In this document: positions 11,606-26,030 of the stretch, piece by piece
Position numbering within the stretch: the stretch's first letter is position 1
Layout: each line of letters begins with the position of its first letter
Origin: Monocercomonoides exilis PA203
Taxonomy: Eukaryota > Protista > Preaxostyla
Direction of reading: 5' to 3'
Length of the DNA: 64,000 nt
Assembly (NCBI GenBank): GCA_001643675.2
Contig: LSRY02000025.1
Span: 310,001 to 374,000, forward strand
Made by a program: the position numbers and the translations under genes
The notes under the pieces: model-generated
Told to the model about the DNA's origin: nothing
The model's database searches: none
The model's input: only the letters and a program-made list of their open reading frames with translations

Positions 11606-14600
11606 TCACTTGCTTTCCACTGAATAATCCATCAGCCCCTTTCCTCCTCTTATGCCAGCCACTCGTGTTCCATTGAGCGATCTGGGAAATTTAAACATCC
11701 CTTTTTCATCCTTCACAGCAGCTTCTGAAGGTAAATAACAGCTTTGTTGTTCTGTTTGTGTTCCATTCTTTTGCCGGCTTGCAGTTGATTGCTTGGCTAA
11801 CTGGCTGTGTTTTAGCTGCAGGCTGAGGATTAGCTCTGTGGTGATCATTTGACTTGGAGAAGATAGCTCAGATGATGCAAGAGAAGTTGGAGAATAAGAA
11901 GAAATAGAAGAAGAATAAGAATAAGAAGAAGAAGAAGAAGAATGACTTATCCCTTCTCTCTTTGAATCTGCATCCATCTCAACTCCTGCGATTCCCACCT
12001 TGCTCTCTTCCATCGCCTGCTTTCCTTTACTCATTTTCTGTGTCTGTTTTCCAACACCTGTCTCCTTCATTGTGCGAGAAAGTGCTTTAATCTGTTTATA
12101 ATTATTATTGTTGTTATTATTATTATTGCTATTATTGTAATGAATTGAACCAGAATTCAACAGCTGAGGGCTGCCAATGGGAGAATGTGTCTGTTTATCA
12201 TTCGATGCACAGAGTGGGCTGAAGGTGGCTTTGGCGCTGGCGTTCATTGGTGATGACGCTGGAAGGGAAATATCTGTTTGCGGAGAGAGGAAATGCGGAT
12301 CGGAATGAAAAGAAGAAGAAGAAGAAGAGGAAGAAGAAGAAAGCGCATTTGTTTGATTTTCGCTGAGTTTTGTAGCGTTTCTTGGAGCATCTGGTTTTGA
12401 AATCGGGATGGGAGGGAGAATTGGAGAAAGGCCATCGAAGAAGGAAGTGTAATGAGAGAACAAAGAATAACTTGTCTGCCTTTTCTTTTTCGTGTTCTGT
12501 GTGGAAGAAGGAGGATTTGAGGAAGGAGAGAAGGGAAGCATAGAAATGGAAGAAGAAGAAGAGGTAGATGAAGAAGATGATGATAACAAAGTATTATACT
12601 CTTTTCCCAATCCTTTCCCATCATCGCCCCCTCCCCTATTCCCCTCTGCTTTCCCCCAATTCAACCTGCACATCTCCACATAGTTCTGTTTCAAAGCCAA
12701 ATTTGTCAAATCCAACGAAGCCTGCTGTGGCATTACAGGAACACCGTATGTTCCGAGAAAGGCTCCGTCTAAAGTGAACAAGGCACTGTGCTTGCTGAAG
12801 GTGAGGAGGAGAAAAGGAGGGGCAGTTTTGTGCGGGGAAAAGGGGTGGAGGAGAGGGAGAGAGGAGGAAAAGGGGGAAGAAGAAGAAGTTGTTGTAGAAG
12901 AAGAAGATGATTGATTATTAAGAGAAGAAGTATTTGTAAAGGAATTTGAAGGAGAAGAAGAAGAAGAAGAAGAAGCAGGAGTTGCAGCAGATGGTGAAGT
13001 CAATGAGCCAGCAGGAGAGCGAGGTGGAGTCGCAATTCTGCCCGTCGACAGCGCAAAAGCTGATGTTTGCAGGTTCTCTTTGTGCTCAAACACAGTTGGA
13101 GGCGCAATCGAAGGCACAAACAAAGCAGAAGTGACTTCGTGTTCGTGTGTGGTGAACGGGGTGATGGTGAAGGAGGCAGCAGCTTTCGCACGCGAAGCAG
13201 CAAGAGAAGCAGAAGCAGCGCTGGATTTCTTCTTCATTTTGGAGGATCTTTCGAGTTCGATTGAGGAAGAAGAAGAAGTTGGGGAAGGAGAAGGAGAAGG
13301 GGAAGGAGTAGAGGATGAGGAAGGGTTTGGATTATCATTTAAAGAAGAAGAAGAAGAGGAAGAAGAAAGAGGAGGAGAAAAAGAGGAGGCAGAAGAAGTG
13401 AGTTCAGGGTGGAGAACGAGAAAAGCGTCGTAGAAGTTGTACATTCCTTTCCAGTGGAACTTGAGAAAAGGAAGAGCAGAAACAGGATGTGCGTTGAGAG
13501 GTGGAGAGGGATGGAGAGAAGAAGAAGAGGAAGAAGAAGAATTTGAAGATGGTGAGGAAGGAACAGATGAAGATGAGGAAGAAGAAGAGGAGGAGGAAGA
13601 GGAAGGAGGAAGGTGAGGTGTCAAAGAAGGAGTTGAAGTGGCAGGTTGTAAGTTTGTTGTTGTTGTTGTTGTTGTTGAGTTATTAGAGGAGAAAGGTGAA
13701 GAAGAAGAGGAAGAGGAAGAAGAAAGATGTGAAGTGTTTCGTGTTGGCTGTTGTGAGGTGGATTGAGAAAGAGAAGAGTGGACATAGGAAAGAGGTGATG
13801 TGGAGGATAAAACAGAAGAAGAAGAGGAGGAAGAAGAAGTTGTTGGTGTAATGGTTGTTGTTGTTGTTGTTATTGAAGACGAAGAAGAATATGCTGATGA
13901 CAAAGGAGAAGAAGAAGGTGATGATGATAAGTTGCTTTGCTTTCTTCGAGGCAGAGTTAATTCCAACTCTGAATAATTCATCTCATCAGTCAGAAAAGTT
14001 GCAGAAGTCTTCTCTTTTGTTGTTGGAGTTAGCATTTGCTCCTTTTTTACCTCATCAAAATTCTCTTTCCCATCAATTTTTGAATATGTTGAAATGATAT
14101 TCTTGTTTGCTTCTGAACACACTGAAAAATCACTTTCCTCTTTTTTCCTTTGACTTTGCATTCGAATCTGTATTTCCCTTCCTTCTCCTTCTCCTTTTTC
14201 TCTTTCTCTATGTTCTCTTTCTCTTTCTCTTTCTCTTTCTCTTTCTTCTTCTTCCACATTCTTCTTCCCTGTCAAAGGAGAAGATGAACGTGAAGTTATT
14301 TGCTGCTTCTCCTTCATCGGCATTGCAGACAGAAGACGAGGCCTCGACATCTGCCGAGAAAGAGAAGGTGTTCGCAAAAGCCCTCCATTGCTTGAATAAG
14401 AAGAAGAAGAGGAAGAAGAAGCAGCAGCTGATATTGCGTTTTCCAGTGCCTTAATGGAAAGAAAGAGGGAAGGAGGGAAAAGAGAATAATTCAGAAGTTC
14501 AATCAAATCGAATATCATCACATTTCCTGAGACAGAAATGATGGAGAGGATGAGAGAGAGGTAAGGAGTGGAGCAAGAAGGGTATAGAACATCTGAGGGG

Positions 14601-17600
14601 ATGTCTTCTTGACGCAATTGAGAGAGGGCATAAGGAGGAAGAGAAGTGAAGGAAGATGAAGAGGAGGAAGAGGTTATGAAAGGGGAAGAGAATGAAGAAG
14701 AAGAAGAGGAGGAGGAGGAGGAAGAAGAATTTGAAGGCTGAGGCAATTGTGAGTGTAACAATGGAGAAGGAACAGCTGAAGGAACAGTGAAAGTCTGTTG
14801 GATGTGTTCTGATTGTGATTGAGATTGCGATTGCAGTTGACCTTGCTGACTTAGCAAATTTTGAGTATTTTGCATGTTTTGTATATTCAGCAGTGTTTGT
14901 GCCAGCATCTTCTGCCTCTGCAGCAGCATCTGCTGAACCTGCCTCCATCCGTTTTTCCTCTTCACCACAACTTTTTCATCCACATCCTTCATCTCAATGT
15001 TGCTCATACACACAATTGCATTCTCTTTGATTTCTGTGTCAAAATCGCCCACACATCTGCTCGCAAACACGTCCCACAGGCGGAAATGGCCATCCAAACC
15101 GAACGTGGCAAGGAGAGGGCCGTTGACACAGAGGAGAGAAGGAATGAAAGAGCAGAAGGTGATGCTGCGGGTGTCTGGCTTGGAAGCGAGGGGTTTTGTG
15201 ATGAAAGGAGGGGGATTGGGGGGAGAGGGGAGAGGGGAAGAAGAAGAAGAAGAAGAAGAGGAAGAGGAGGAAGTTGATAATAATGGAGACAAAGAAGAAG
15301 AAGAAGAAGAATTCGATTGAATAATCAACTGTTCCCCTCCTTTTCCTCCTGATGCTGTTGTCACATTTCGTTCCACATCCATCTTTGCACTCTCAACTTC
15401 ATTCTTTTCTGGTGTTAACCTCCTTCTCAATGGAGAACTTTTCCTTTCATTTGACTTTAATGTCATTTCCAACTGAACAAACGACAAACCAGTTAATTCT
15501 TTGCTTTGTTTTTGTGCTTGCAAATCGGATGTTTGAGATGAAATAGCTTGTTTTTCGCTTTGAGAAGAAGATCTCCAGTCAATTTTCCCTTTCTGGTTCA
15601 TTTCTTTCTCTCTTTGCTTTTCCTCTTTGTCATCTTCTTCAGCGTTTTCTTCGAAATTCCACTCTTTTCGAACTGTTTTTAATGAGCTTTCTGTTCTCAG
15701 TGGAGAATTTGCTTGTCTTTTTGAAGGAGATTCAAGGGATTGCGCAAAATTGGATGCTTGTGAAGATTCAGAGAGGAAAGAAGAAGATGATGATGTTGAT
15801 GTTGATGAAAAACCTAATGGTGAGCTTGCAGCTGAAAACGTTTGCTTCAATGGAGTTTTCGGTTTTGGCGTTGATTGAAGTGTAAACAACGATTGTGAAG
15901 AAAATGAATCATCATTAATCTTTCCTCTTTCGTTCATGATTGTCACTGAAGTTGGATTCAATGCTTTGTTTCTTTCATCCTCTTCCTTATCTCCAATATA
16001 ACATTCACCTTCATTCCCTTTTGTATTCTCTTCCACATCTTGTTCTTCTCCTTCTCCTTCCTCTTCCTCTTCCTCATTCTCTTCCTCTTCCTTTCTCCCA
16101 TCTTCCTTCTTCCCACTCCCTCCTTTGCTCTCCACCCTCTTTTCCACCCTCTTCCCCAGCCTCTTCCCTGCTGCTTTGAACGCTGACCTTGCAAAACCCG
16201 AATCCGTATTCCACAGCACAACTGTCCCATCCACCGATGCTGAAGCCAACAACGCAGGCTTCGCAAACGCCACTGAAATGACATCTGCTCCGTGTCGATG
16301 GCTCTTCAGCGAGTGAAGAAGCTTCGACGATGCACAGAAGTCCATTGCGTGTGCATTCATCTTCGCTTCTTTCTTCTTCTGCTCCTTCCAGCCGGATGGC
16401 TGCACAAACGAGTCCGGAATCTCAAAGTCGTCAAAGTTAAAACCAGAAGAAGATTCTCCGCTTTCTCCCTTTGCTGCACTGCCAAACCCCAAAAGAGACG
16501 AAGAAGCTGAAGAAGTGTAACCTCCACCTCTTCCTTTGCACTTCCTCTTCAGCATTGCCATCCTCAGTCCATCGCTAATGCCTCCACCACCACCACCTCC
16601 TCCTCCTCCTCCACTGCCACTTCCATCAATCCCTCCTCCCGCACTCGCCGACGAAAACATCGACACAATCTCCTTCCCAATCAATCTGTCGTCTTTTTCT
16701 CCGATTTTCGGGTCGATCATCGACTCAAAGCGAAAGCCAGGAGGGCGAATAGGATCATCACACATGTGCACAATACGGTTCTGTCCAACGTGGAAGATGG
16801 CTCTCTGTCCAGACGGCAATGAGCAATGAATGAGCTGATGCACCTCGCTCCGCGGCTGAGGAATCGGAAATACCTCACCCAGCACTCTCCCCGTGTGCAG
16901 GTGTGTGGTGAAGATGACTCCGTCGCAGGAGCCTGTGATGAGTCTGCGCCCACTCACATCCAGAGTGGCAGCAGAGATGACTTCTTTGTGCGGGAGCTTG
17001 TATTTGAACACGATGCGCCCATCCACATCGCGCCAGACACACACGTGCCCTTCTTTGTCGACTGTCACCACCTCAAAAAAGGCAGAGCTGTGGAGTGAGG
17101 ACACCAAGTTGCATGTGTGTGAGAGTGCGTTCTGATCAGAGAGAACAACAGGGCGCCAGCTGAACAGCCGCTGGCTGCCCATCAGAATGGCAGGGCCTGA
17201 GGCATCATTGGTTGCCTCATCAGAAGAATGCAGTGAGTTCAGACTGGTTCCAGATGAACCGATCATTTCTGAGCTATTTGTGCTTGCACCTCTTCCTACT
17301 CCTCCATTTCCTCTTCCTCCTCTTCCTCCATCTGTCAAATACCCCTTCGAACGATTCTGACTCTCGTTTCTCACAAAAGCCATGCAATTCACCATGCTCC
17401 CTGTGGCTGTGTCGATTGCACTGACAATCTGAATGCAGCTCTGCGATCGCACGTCCCACACCCTCACAGTGCAATCCAATGCCAACGACAAGAGATGGAT
17501 GGAGGATAATGATGAAGATGAGGATGCGCTTGATGTGCTTGATGTATGTGACAATGAATGTGAATCAGAAGAATTCGAATAATAATAGCTTTTCTCGTTC

Positions 17601-18998
17601 GAATTCGTTTTCTTGTTATTATTACTATTCTTCTTCCTCATCTTTCTCATCATCTCCTCCTTCTCTCCCTCTCCCTCCTCCTCCTCCTCCTGTGCACGTG
17701 AACAATCCTCAATACACGCCACAATCGGAGCTGTATGCCCTCTCAGCTCGCCAATGAATCTGAGGCTGTTCGGATTCCACAGCTTCACACACAAATCGAA
17801 GCCGGCTGTTGCGAGCTGATGGGCACGTGGGCACCAAGCAACAGTTAGCACGCCTCGGCTGTGGCCATTGGGATTGAGAAGAGGAGGAGGAGGAGAGGAA
17901 GATGAGGAGGAAGAAGAGGAGGAGGAGGAAGAAAGGAGAGGAGAAGGAAACTGGGAAGAAGAAGATAAAGTGGAAGGGGAGGTTTGAATGTTTCTGTCAG
18001 TAGAAGGAGGAGAAGAAGAGAGAGAGAAACGGGATTGCGAAAGAGGAGATGAGACATTCGCCAGAGCAGAACTAGTAACAGTTGATAAGGTTGATGGAGG
18101 CATAGGTTGCATCGATTGCATTGCTCCAATTGTTCCTTCTTCTTCTTCTTCTGCTTCTGCTTCTGCTTTTCCTCCTTTTCCTCCTTTTCCTCCTTTTCCT
18201 CCTCCTTTCCCTCCACCTTTTCCCTTCCCTCCTCCTCTCAGCCCTGACGACCCTTGCTTCCACAGTCCATTCATCTGCCCATTCGTCGCGCCAAACGACG
18301 AATTCAACTGCGAAAGATTCGCTTTCATGGCTACTTGTGATATTTTCCCTTCTCTCTCTTCCTGTGTGATGAGCGATGTATCAGGAGGAGCAGAAGGGTT
18401 TATAGCTGCAATCTCTTCAAGCGTCTCAGGATTCACAAACCGAACAGAGTTGTCCAACGAGCCAGAAACAAGGCAGCCCAGCTCAGCAATGAATTCGAGT
18501 GTGGTGATGGGTCCTGAATGGATTTTGGAGCACAAACTGCCTTCGCTTGGGCGGAAGATGCGTTTTGGGGGGTTTGATTGGTTGAAAGAGGAAGAGAGGT
18601 GAGGAGGAGGAGAAGAAGAAAGAGAGGAAAGAGGAGGGCGAGAGAAAGAGAAGGGAGAAATAGAGGAAGAGGAAGAAGAGGAAGAGGAAGAGGGGGAAAA
18701 GGAAGAAGAATAGGGATAAGATGAAATGGAAGAAAGAGTTCTGTTTGTTTGGATTGGAGATAAATCAGAAGGAGTTGATTGAGAAGAAGAAGAAGAAGAA
18801 AGAAAAGGAAAAGGAGCGATGCTGTCTTGACTTGGAGTGCGTTGATGAAGAGGATGAGGAAGAAGAGGATGATGATGATTGTGATTGAAAACAGGAGGAG
18901 AAAGAGAAGAAGAACGAGATGAAGAATCGCTTCCAGAGAATTGGACAAGAGCAATTTGAGAGGAGGGTTCAGATGGATTGTGAGAAGAAGAAGAAGAA

Positions 18999-19034
<36 letters not shown>

Positions 19035-22000
19035 GGAGAAAGAGAAGAAGAAGATGACGACGAATCTTGACTCAACCCTTCTTGTTGTTCTGTTGATGAA
19101 TTTTGATTTGAGTGAATGGCAGAAGAAGAAGAGGAGGAAGATGAAGAAGAAGGTGCAGGTGCAAAAAGTGAATTTTTGTTAGTTATTCTCAAAGAAGAGG
19201 TTGAAATCGGCTGGTTTTTGTGCTGATTGACTGGAGAATGCAATTTGTCCATTCGAAGAGAAGGAACAGAAGGATGAGTGGTTTGAAGTTTTGAGGGAGA
19301 AGAAGGAGAAGAAGAAGATGATGATGATGATGAATCTAAATCTTGTATGTTATTTGATTCAATTCCTTGTTTTCCTAATTCTTTTTCTCTTCTTTCCTCT
19401 TCTTCTTCCTCTCCAACAGATGTTAATCTATTTGATTTATTTTGCTTCATTTCCATTTCATCCATTTGAGAAGAAGGAGAAATAAATCCTTTTTCTTCAT
19501 CTTTTTCTTTGCTTTCAGATGAAATTGAAGCAGTTTCGGAATGAAGCGAACGAGGAGAAGAGAAAAGATTTCTTGGAGAGGAAGAAGAGGAAGGAGAAGG
19601 AGAAGAAGAAGCATAAGAAGAAGGAGTTGATGATGAAACAACGTTTGCATCAACTTTCTCCTCTTTCTCTTCTCCTCCTCTTCCTCTTTCTCTTCCTTCT
19701 CTTTCTCCCTCTCCTTCTCCTCTTTCTCCTTCTCTTCCTCCTCCCACTTCCTTCGCATCCATCACCTGTGGCACATTCAACATCTCCAGTTTTGATACAA
19801 ATTTTCTGTTTTCATTGAAAATTTGTGAAGTCAAAGGAGGAAGATAGAAATTCGCTTCAGACGCCCATTCTTCTCGTGTTATTCTTTTTGGGCGTTTGAT
19901 TTCGGATTGAGAACGAGAACGAGAAGAAGAAGAAGAGGAAGAGGAAGAAGGGGAAAAGCGAGAAGGAGAATAAAGAGGAGAAGGAGATGAACGAGAAGGA
20001 GATGAACGAGAAGGAGAAAGACGAGAAGGAGAATATTTGGAGATGTTTGAATGGGAAGAAGGAGTTTGAGAAAGGGAAGAGGAAGGAGAGGAAGGAGAAA
20101 AAGAGGAAGAGGAGGAAGAAGAGGAAGAAGAAGAGGAAGAGGAAGAGGAAGAATAAGTTGAATAGTTGAAATTATATCCATCTGGATTATTATTATTATT
20201 ATTAGCATTTCTCATGTCCTTCCTCATCTTCCCTTTCTTTGCCATTGGCGAAGAAGAAGAAGAAGAAGAAGAAGCTAAATATTTTGCTCCTTGTCTTCTT
20301 AGCAAATCCAAAATTGACACATTGGCTGAAGCAGAAGAGGAATCACCAAGAGAAGAAGAAGAAGAGAAAGAAGAAGAAGAGGAGGAGGAGGAAGAAGAAG
20401 AAGAAGAAATTGTTTGTTGAAGTAATTTTCGTTCTATTCTGTCAGTAAGCAAGCCATCATATTCGATTTTGGAGGCAAAATGAAGTTTGCGAGGAGAAGA
20501 GGAGAAGGAAGAGGAGGAAGAAGAGGCATAGAAAGAAGAAGAGGAGAAAGAGGAAAATTTATTGGAAGTGGAAGGATCAGTGGTTTTTGAGCGGAAACGA
20601 GGTGGTTGAGGAGAAGGAGAAGAGGAAGAAAGAGAAAAAGAAGAGGAGGAAAAAGAAGAAGGATAATAAAAAGTGGAGGAATATGAAGAAGAAGAAGGGA
20701 ATGAAGAAGAAGAAACAATTGTGATTGGAATGTTTACTTCTGTTTTGTTTTTTGAAGCATTTTCTGTTCGGATAGGAGAAGAAAGAGAAGAAAGAGAAGA
20801 AGAAGAAGAAGAAGAAGAAGAAGAAGAAGAAGGTGTTGTAACATCAAACCTTCCACTTCTATTTCCTTCTCCTTTCCCTCCTTCTCTTTCTCCTTCTCTT
20901 CTTTCTCCTTCTTCATCTTCCTTCTCTTCCTTCTCCTTCTCCTTCTTCTCCTCCAGTCCTCCAAACAGCGTTTCCTCATCCGCAGCTGGTGTCAGCATTG
21001 CGCTTCTTCCCAGCGTTGACTGCTGAATCTGCCCAATCCAGTTCATTTCTCCTCTTTTCTTCTCTTGCAAGTCCTTTCTCGGCATCGGCTCCTTCCCGAA
21101 AATCGCAAAAAGCGACGCTTCTTGCCGGCAGAGGGCGAAATCTGTGACTCTTCTCACGATTTCCTTTGTCAGGGCAACCACTTCGATTTCTCCGCTGTGC
21201 TCGCCAATGCAGAGGAGGGGGTGGGAGGAGGCAAGAGGAGGGGTGGAGCGGAGCTGGGGGAGAGGGAGAGGGAGAGAGAAGGGAAAACGGTTAGATTGAG
21301 AGTGAAGGGGAAGGTGAGAGTGAAGAGGGGAAGAGAGAGGGTGAGGAAGGAAGGAGGAAGAAGTGGAAGATGAGGAGGAGGACGAGGAGGAGGAAGAAGA
21401 AGGATAGAGAGAAAGAGAAGACATGCTATTTGTGCTGCTTGCGCGTTGGTGGAGCGAAAAACGAGAGGAGAAAGGAGAAGGTGTGCTAGTTCCTGTGTTA
21501 ATTTCTCTGGAGGTGGCAGGAGAAGAAGAATAAGGAGAGGAATAAACAGATGAGTAAGCAGAAGAAGAAGAAGAAGAAGAAAAAGTTGCAGTATTTCCTT
21601 CTCCTTGTCCAATATTCATCATCTTCTCCTTCATCTCCTTCATCTCTTTATTCTTCACTGCCTCATCCGCTCTAATCACCGATGGATTTGCTGTCACATT
21701 CCCCAGACAAGACAGAGGCACACAGCACATTGCAGTGGGAGCTGAGCTCAAATTCTTCAATTGTCCAACTGCTTTGAAGGAAGGCACCTCATAAAATGTC
21801 ACATGGCCATCACTCGAACCAACTGCGATGAAGGTGGAGGAAGGGAGAGAAAGAGAGAGAGGAAGAGGAAGAGGAAGATTAGAATTTTGCTTCTTTTTTT
21901 GTTTTTCTGATTCTGATTCTGATTCTGAGTCTTCTTCTTCTTCTTCCTCCTCCTCTTTTCCATCTTTGTCATCTTTTCCCTCTCCTTTCTCTTTCTTTTC

Positions 22001-23642
22001 TTTCTTTTCCCCTTCTTCCTTCTTCTCTTTCTTCTCCCTCTTTTCCTTTTCCTCTTTCTTCTCCTTCTCCTTCTTCTTCTTCCCTCCTCTCCCCTTCCTC
22101 TTCCCCGTGGCCTCTGCCAATGCTGCCATTTGCATCTCCTTCATCTTCCTCTTCTCTTCTGCTCGTATCAGCTCCTCCTTCGAAATCAGAGGGGGAAGAA
22201 GACACATACACGTTACCCACAAAGAATGTGTTTTTTCGACTGCTTTGACACATCTTTTTGCGCCTTCCAGCTGAGATTCAGCATCTGGTGGATGAGAAGA
22301 GGAAGAGGAGGAGGAAGAGCTTTTGCGGTGGAAGGATTTGGAGGAAGAAGAAGAAAATGATGATGATGAAGGAGAAAGAGGAGAAAGAGAAGAAAGAGAA
22401 GAAGAAGAAGAAGAAGAAGAAGAAGAAGATTTAATTGAAAGAGAAGCATTGCCTTTGGCAGCGGTGCTGGCAGTGTCAGAAATGTGATGTTTTGAGCATC
22501 GCTTTAAAATGAATGTGTCTGCTTTTGTTTTGCAGTGTGGAATGATTGAAAGGTTGTCGTCTTCTTCTTTATCATTATCATTATTTTCTTTTTTTTCTTT
22601 GATATTTTTGCTATTGTTATTGTTTTCTTCTTTCTGTTTAGTAGCTAATGCTGATGATGTTGATGCCGTTGTGGCCTCCGCCTTCGAATTAACCTCATGC
22701 TGACTCAAAGACTCACCTGCTTTCAAGTTCTGGCTCTGCAAACTTGGCAATTTTTCCGAGCCTTCGTCCCTTTCAGAGGAAGAGCCAAACGCCTTTCCCA
22801 GGATTCGATCCAGCTGCCGTGCGCGCAGCCTTTTTTTTTCTGCTTCTGCGTCGAGTGGCTTGTCGTTCGCCCATTCTCTTGTGGCTTCCATGAGCGAGGC
22901 CTCTTTCATTCGCACCTTGTGGAGAGGGTCTTTGGTGACGATGAGCTGAAACAGCTCTGTTTTGGCTGTGTGGTCGATCGTTTGCAGAGGTGTCGAAAAA
23001 GATGGGTCCCAAACTTTCAGAAGGCCATCGTTTGCAGTTGATATAAACATTTTGAAGTTTGGGATGGAAAGAATCGCAGTAATCGATTCATCATGAAGCT
23101 GTAAATACGATGATGCATGCGCAAGGTACTCTGGATCTGCTCGATATAGGGACTCTTTTCGTTCAGAACCAATTCCAGATAACTTTATTTGTGCAATAAA
23201 GTATGATGCAAAATCATCCCATCCGACTAAAAAAAAAATAAATCAACATAATATTTTGGTGGAAAAATAGATTGAGAAAGAGAAAGAAAGAAAGAAAAGC
23301 TGCACATGCGTTGTTAAGTGATATAAAAATTTAAACCTTGCCCAATGCATTCTGCATCAATTTTTCGATATAAAAGAGCAATATCATTTTCTGAAAGTTT
23401 ATCCTTTCCCAAAACTGTTTCCACTGCTTCCACAAACTTATTAATCAGAAATAAAAATTCAATTTAGGAAATTAATTCAATTATATTTTTGCACAAACTT
23501 GAAATTCTGAAAGTCCATATGAATTATTTCTTGTTGTTACAGATTGAAACTGATTTTGAAGCGACTTTAACTCGGAAAATTGAAATAAATCATTTAAATT
23601 GATTTCGGTAATTTGACGAGCAGTGAGCTCGCATGACTCCAT
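11606..23642 (-). CDS. EF-hand plus WD40-repeat protein (WDR49/WDR64-like architecture), ~3950 aa with long poly-Ser and E/K inserts
   Basis: Exons 23642-23499, 23436-23337, 23226-11606. Splicing yields the EF-hand-like LYRKIDAECIGQVGWDDF. WD motifs include HDESITAI..STANDGLLKVWD, LVSGSLDNSVRF, LATAGFDLCVKLWN, LRGHTAPI, ALDCTVRVWD, ASASVDGTVVLWN. Confidence 0.85.
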
Positions 23643-23841
23643 GAAAAAAGACAAACAAAAAATACAACTATTGTTGTTCAATTATTAATATGGGAATATA
23701 TTTTTCTAGGTGATGGAGTGCACAATGAAAAAAACAATGAAACAGAAATAAATATATCTTCAAAAATCATTTTTCTTTTCAAAAACAATGTATTAATGGT
23801 ATTGATCGTACAAGAGCTATTTGTTGCTGTAATTGTCTGAA
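23643..23841. promoter_or_regulatory. Probable bidirectional promoter (199 bp)
   Basis: Separates the divergent ATGs of the WD40/EF-hand gene and the kinase gene. Confidence 0.55.
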
Positions 23842-25020
23842 ATGTCTCGTTTACCAAAACTGGTTGAAGGTTGTTATTAAAAGATTATTTAAATTGTTTT
23901 GTTATCATACAGTTGCAAATGTGTTTTCGTTTTTTTAGGTGTTCCATCAAATCTCACTGAAAACTTTGAAATTTTGGAGTTACTTGGAGAAGGGCATTTT
24001 GCCAAAGTGAGAAAGGCCAGACACAAGGCATCGGGAAAATATGTTGCTATTAAATTTATTGACAAGAGGCAGATAATTTCGGATCCACATCAACTTATAT
24101 CTCTTTTCTCAGAGATCAATATCATGAAAAGCTTGAAGCACGTTTGCATCACCTTTGTTGGACTTTTTTTATGAACAGCATTTTTTTGGAATAAATTTAT
24201 TGTTATAAAATTTTGCAGCCACATATAATTAGACTTCTTGATGTTTACGAAACAGATGATAAATTGTGCCTTATAACTGAGCTTGCAACTGGTGGAGAAC
24301 TTTTTGATAAAATTGTTGATCGTGGCTCATATTCCGAGAGAGACGCTTCGTTGTTGATGCTTTCTTTATTCAACGCATTGAGGTATTTGCATTCAAAGAA
24401 TATTGCTCATCGAGATTTGAAGGTTTGCCAACCAAATTAAGATCATTATTTATCGTTTGTTTAACACCTGAAAACTTATTTTCTAATTTTAGCCGGAGAA
24501 TATTCTTTATGAATCCGATGCTCCGACAGCAGCTGTAAAAATAACTGATTTTGGACTTTCAAAGGTTGTTGATAAAAAGAAAATGATGCAAACGTGTTGT
24601 GGGACACCTGGATATGTTGCTCCTGAGGTGCTGACGTTTGCTGGATATGGACCAGAGGTGGACTTGTGGTCTATGGGTGTTCTTATGTATGTTCTTCTAT
24701 GCGGATTTCCTCCATTTTACGATGAAAATGATGCTGCACTATTTGCGCAGATTCAGTCGGGAAAATATGAGTTTATTTCTCCGTACTGGGACACCATCAG
24801 CGCGGAGGCGAAGGATCTGATATCCAAACTGCTTGTTGTGGATCCGAAAAAGAGGCTAACAGCCGAGCAAGCTGTTTCTCATCCGTGGTTTTCTGTTGCA
24901 CTTCCTACTCACAAATTGGATGCAGCACACCAAAAACTGACTGAAGCAAGATCAAAAAGAAGATTTAAGGCAGCGGGGATGGCAGTAATTATTGGAAGCT
25001 CGCTGAAAAGAGATTCGTAA
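23842..25020 (+). CDS. CaMK1-like Ca2+/calmodulin-dependent Ser/Thr kinase, 320 aa, 4 exons
   Basis: Exons 23842-23869, 23939-24141, 24219-24422, 24493-25020. Motifs GEGHFA, VAIK, ELATGGELFDKI, HRDLKPEN, DFG, CGTPGYVAPE, LLCGFPPFYDEND and a basic C-terminal RRFKAAGMAV resembling a CaM-binding segment. Confidence 0.95.
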
Positions 25021-26030
25021 GTGGTTGAGATCTGATAGAAGAAGAGAGAGTTGGTTTTGGGGGAAGAGAAGATGAGCAAATGAGGAGGGAAATGAAGGGA
25101 AGAAGGGAAAGGGTGGGAAATGAGAAGGAGGAGTACTTCAAACGAAAATATTGAAAGTTGATGGGGGAAATTGGGAGAAAGAAGTAATTTATTTTGCTGA
25201 TTTATTCCAGGTGTTGTATTTTACTGTATCTTGTGTATGTAAGTAAATGATTATAAGAAAAAAATTGGCAGAAAGTTAAATATCTGCACATGGTTGAGCT
25301 CAATGTGAATGGCAAGGCATTTTTTTTGAAAGTCATTTTTTGGAGTTTTGCAGAAAGGAAATTTCATAAAAAATAGTGATAGAAGAAGGATGACTGTCTC
25401 TGAGATACATTTGAAGCATATATAATTATGCAAACTGAATTTGATTTTAAATGTTTAGTTTGTAAAGTTGTATTTGCCTTTATATACGCAGACTCTTTGT
25501 TCAGGTTTTCATCATTTGTAAAGCCGAATAAAAGAGGAGATATTCTTTCTCAAATGTTTTTTTTATAATTATTATTTATTTATCTTAAATGAAGGGAAAT
25601 TTTCCAAGAAAATATCTTTCTATTTTTATTTTAACTTTCTTTTTTTGCACTTCATGATATGTTGTTTACAATTTTGTTTTATTTTTTCTATTTTTTTATT
25701 ACACGCTTGTTTGGATTTTTGATGATTTTTCTTTTTATTTGATATTCGTCTGTTTCAAAGTGAATGCATTTTATCTAATTCAACATTTAAGGCGAATGTT
25801 TTGTTAAAGGGAATAATCTGGTATTATTTCATGATTTATCAAGTCTTTGCAAAGTTTTTCTTAAAGATTATCAATTTATCTTTCTTGGCATTCAACTTTT
25901 CTTTCATTTTTGATTAATCATTACAATTTCTAACATTTTGTCATTTTCATCTTTTCTGAAATTGTGTATACAATCATTTCATATCTTTTCACTCTTCAAA
26001 ATAAATTTAATAATTTGCTTCTCTTTTCTT

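Noticed and set aside
12244-23041. Dozens of short K/E/L/F-rich ORFs overlapping the WD40 gene
   Set aside because: Alternative-frame or antisense products of triplet repeats.
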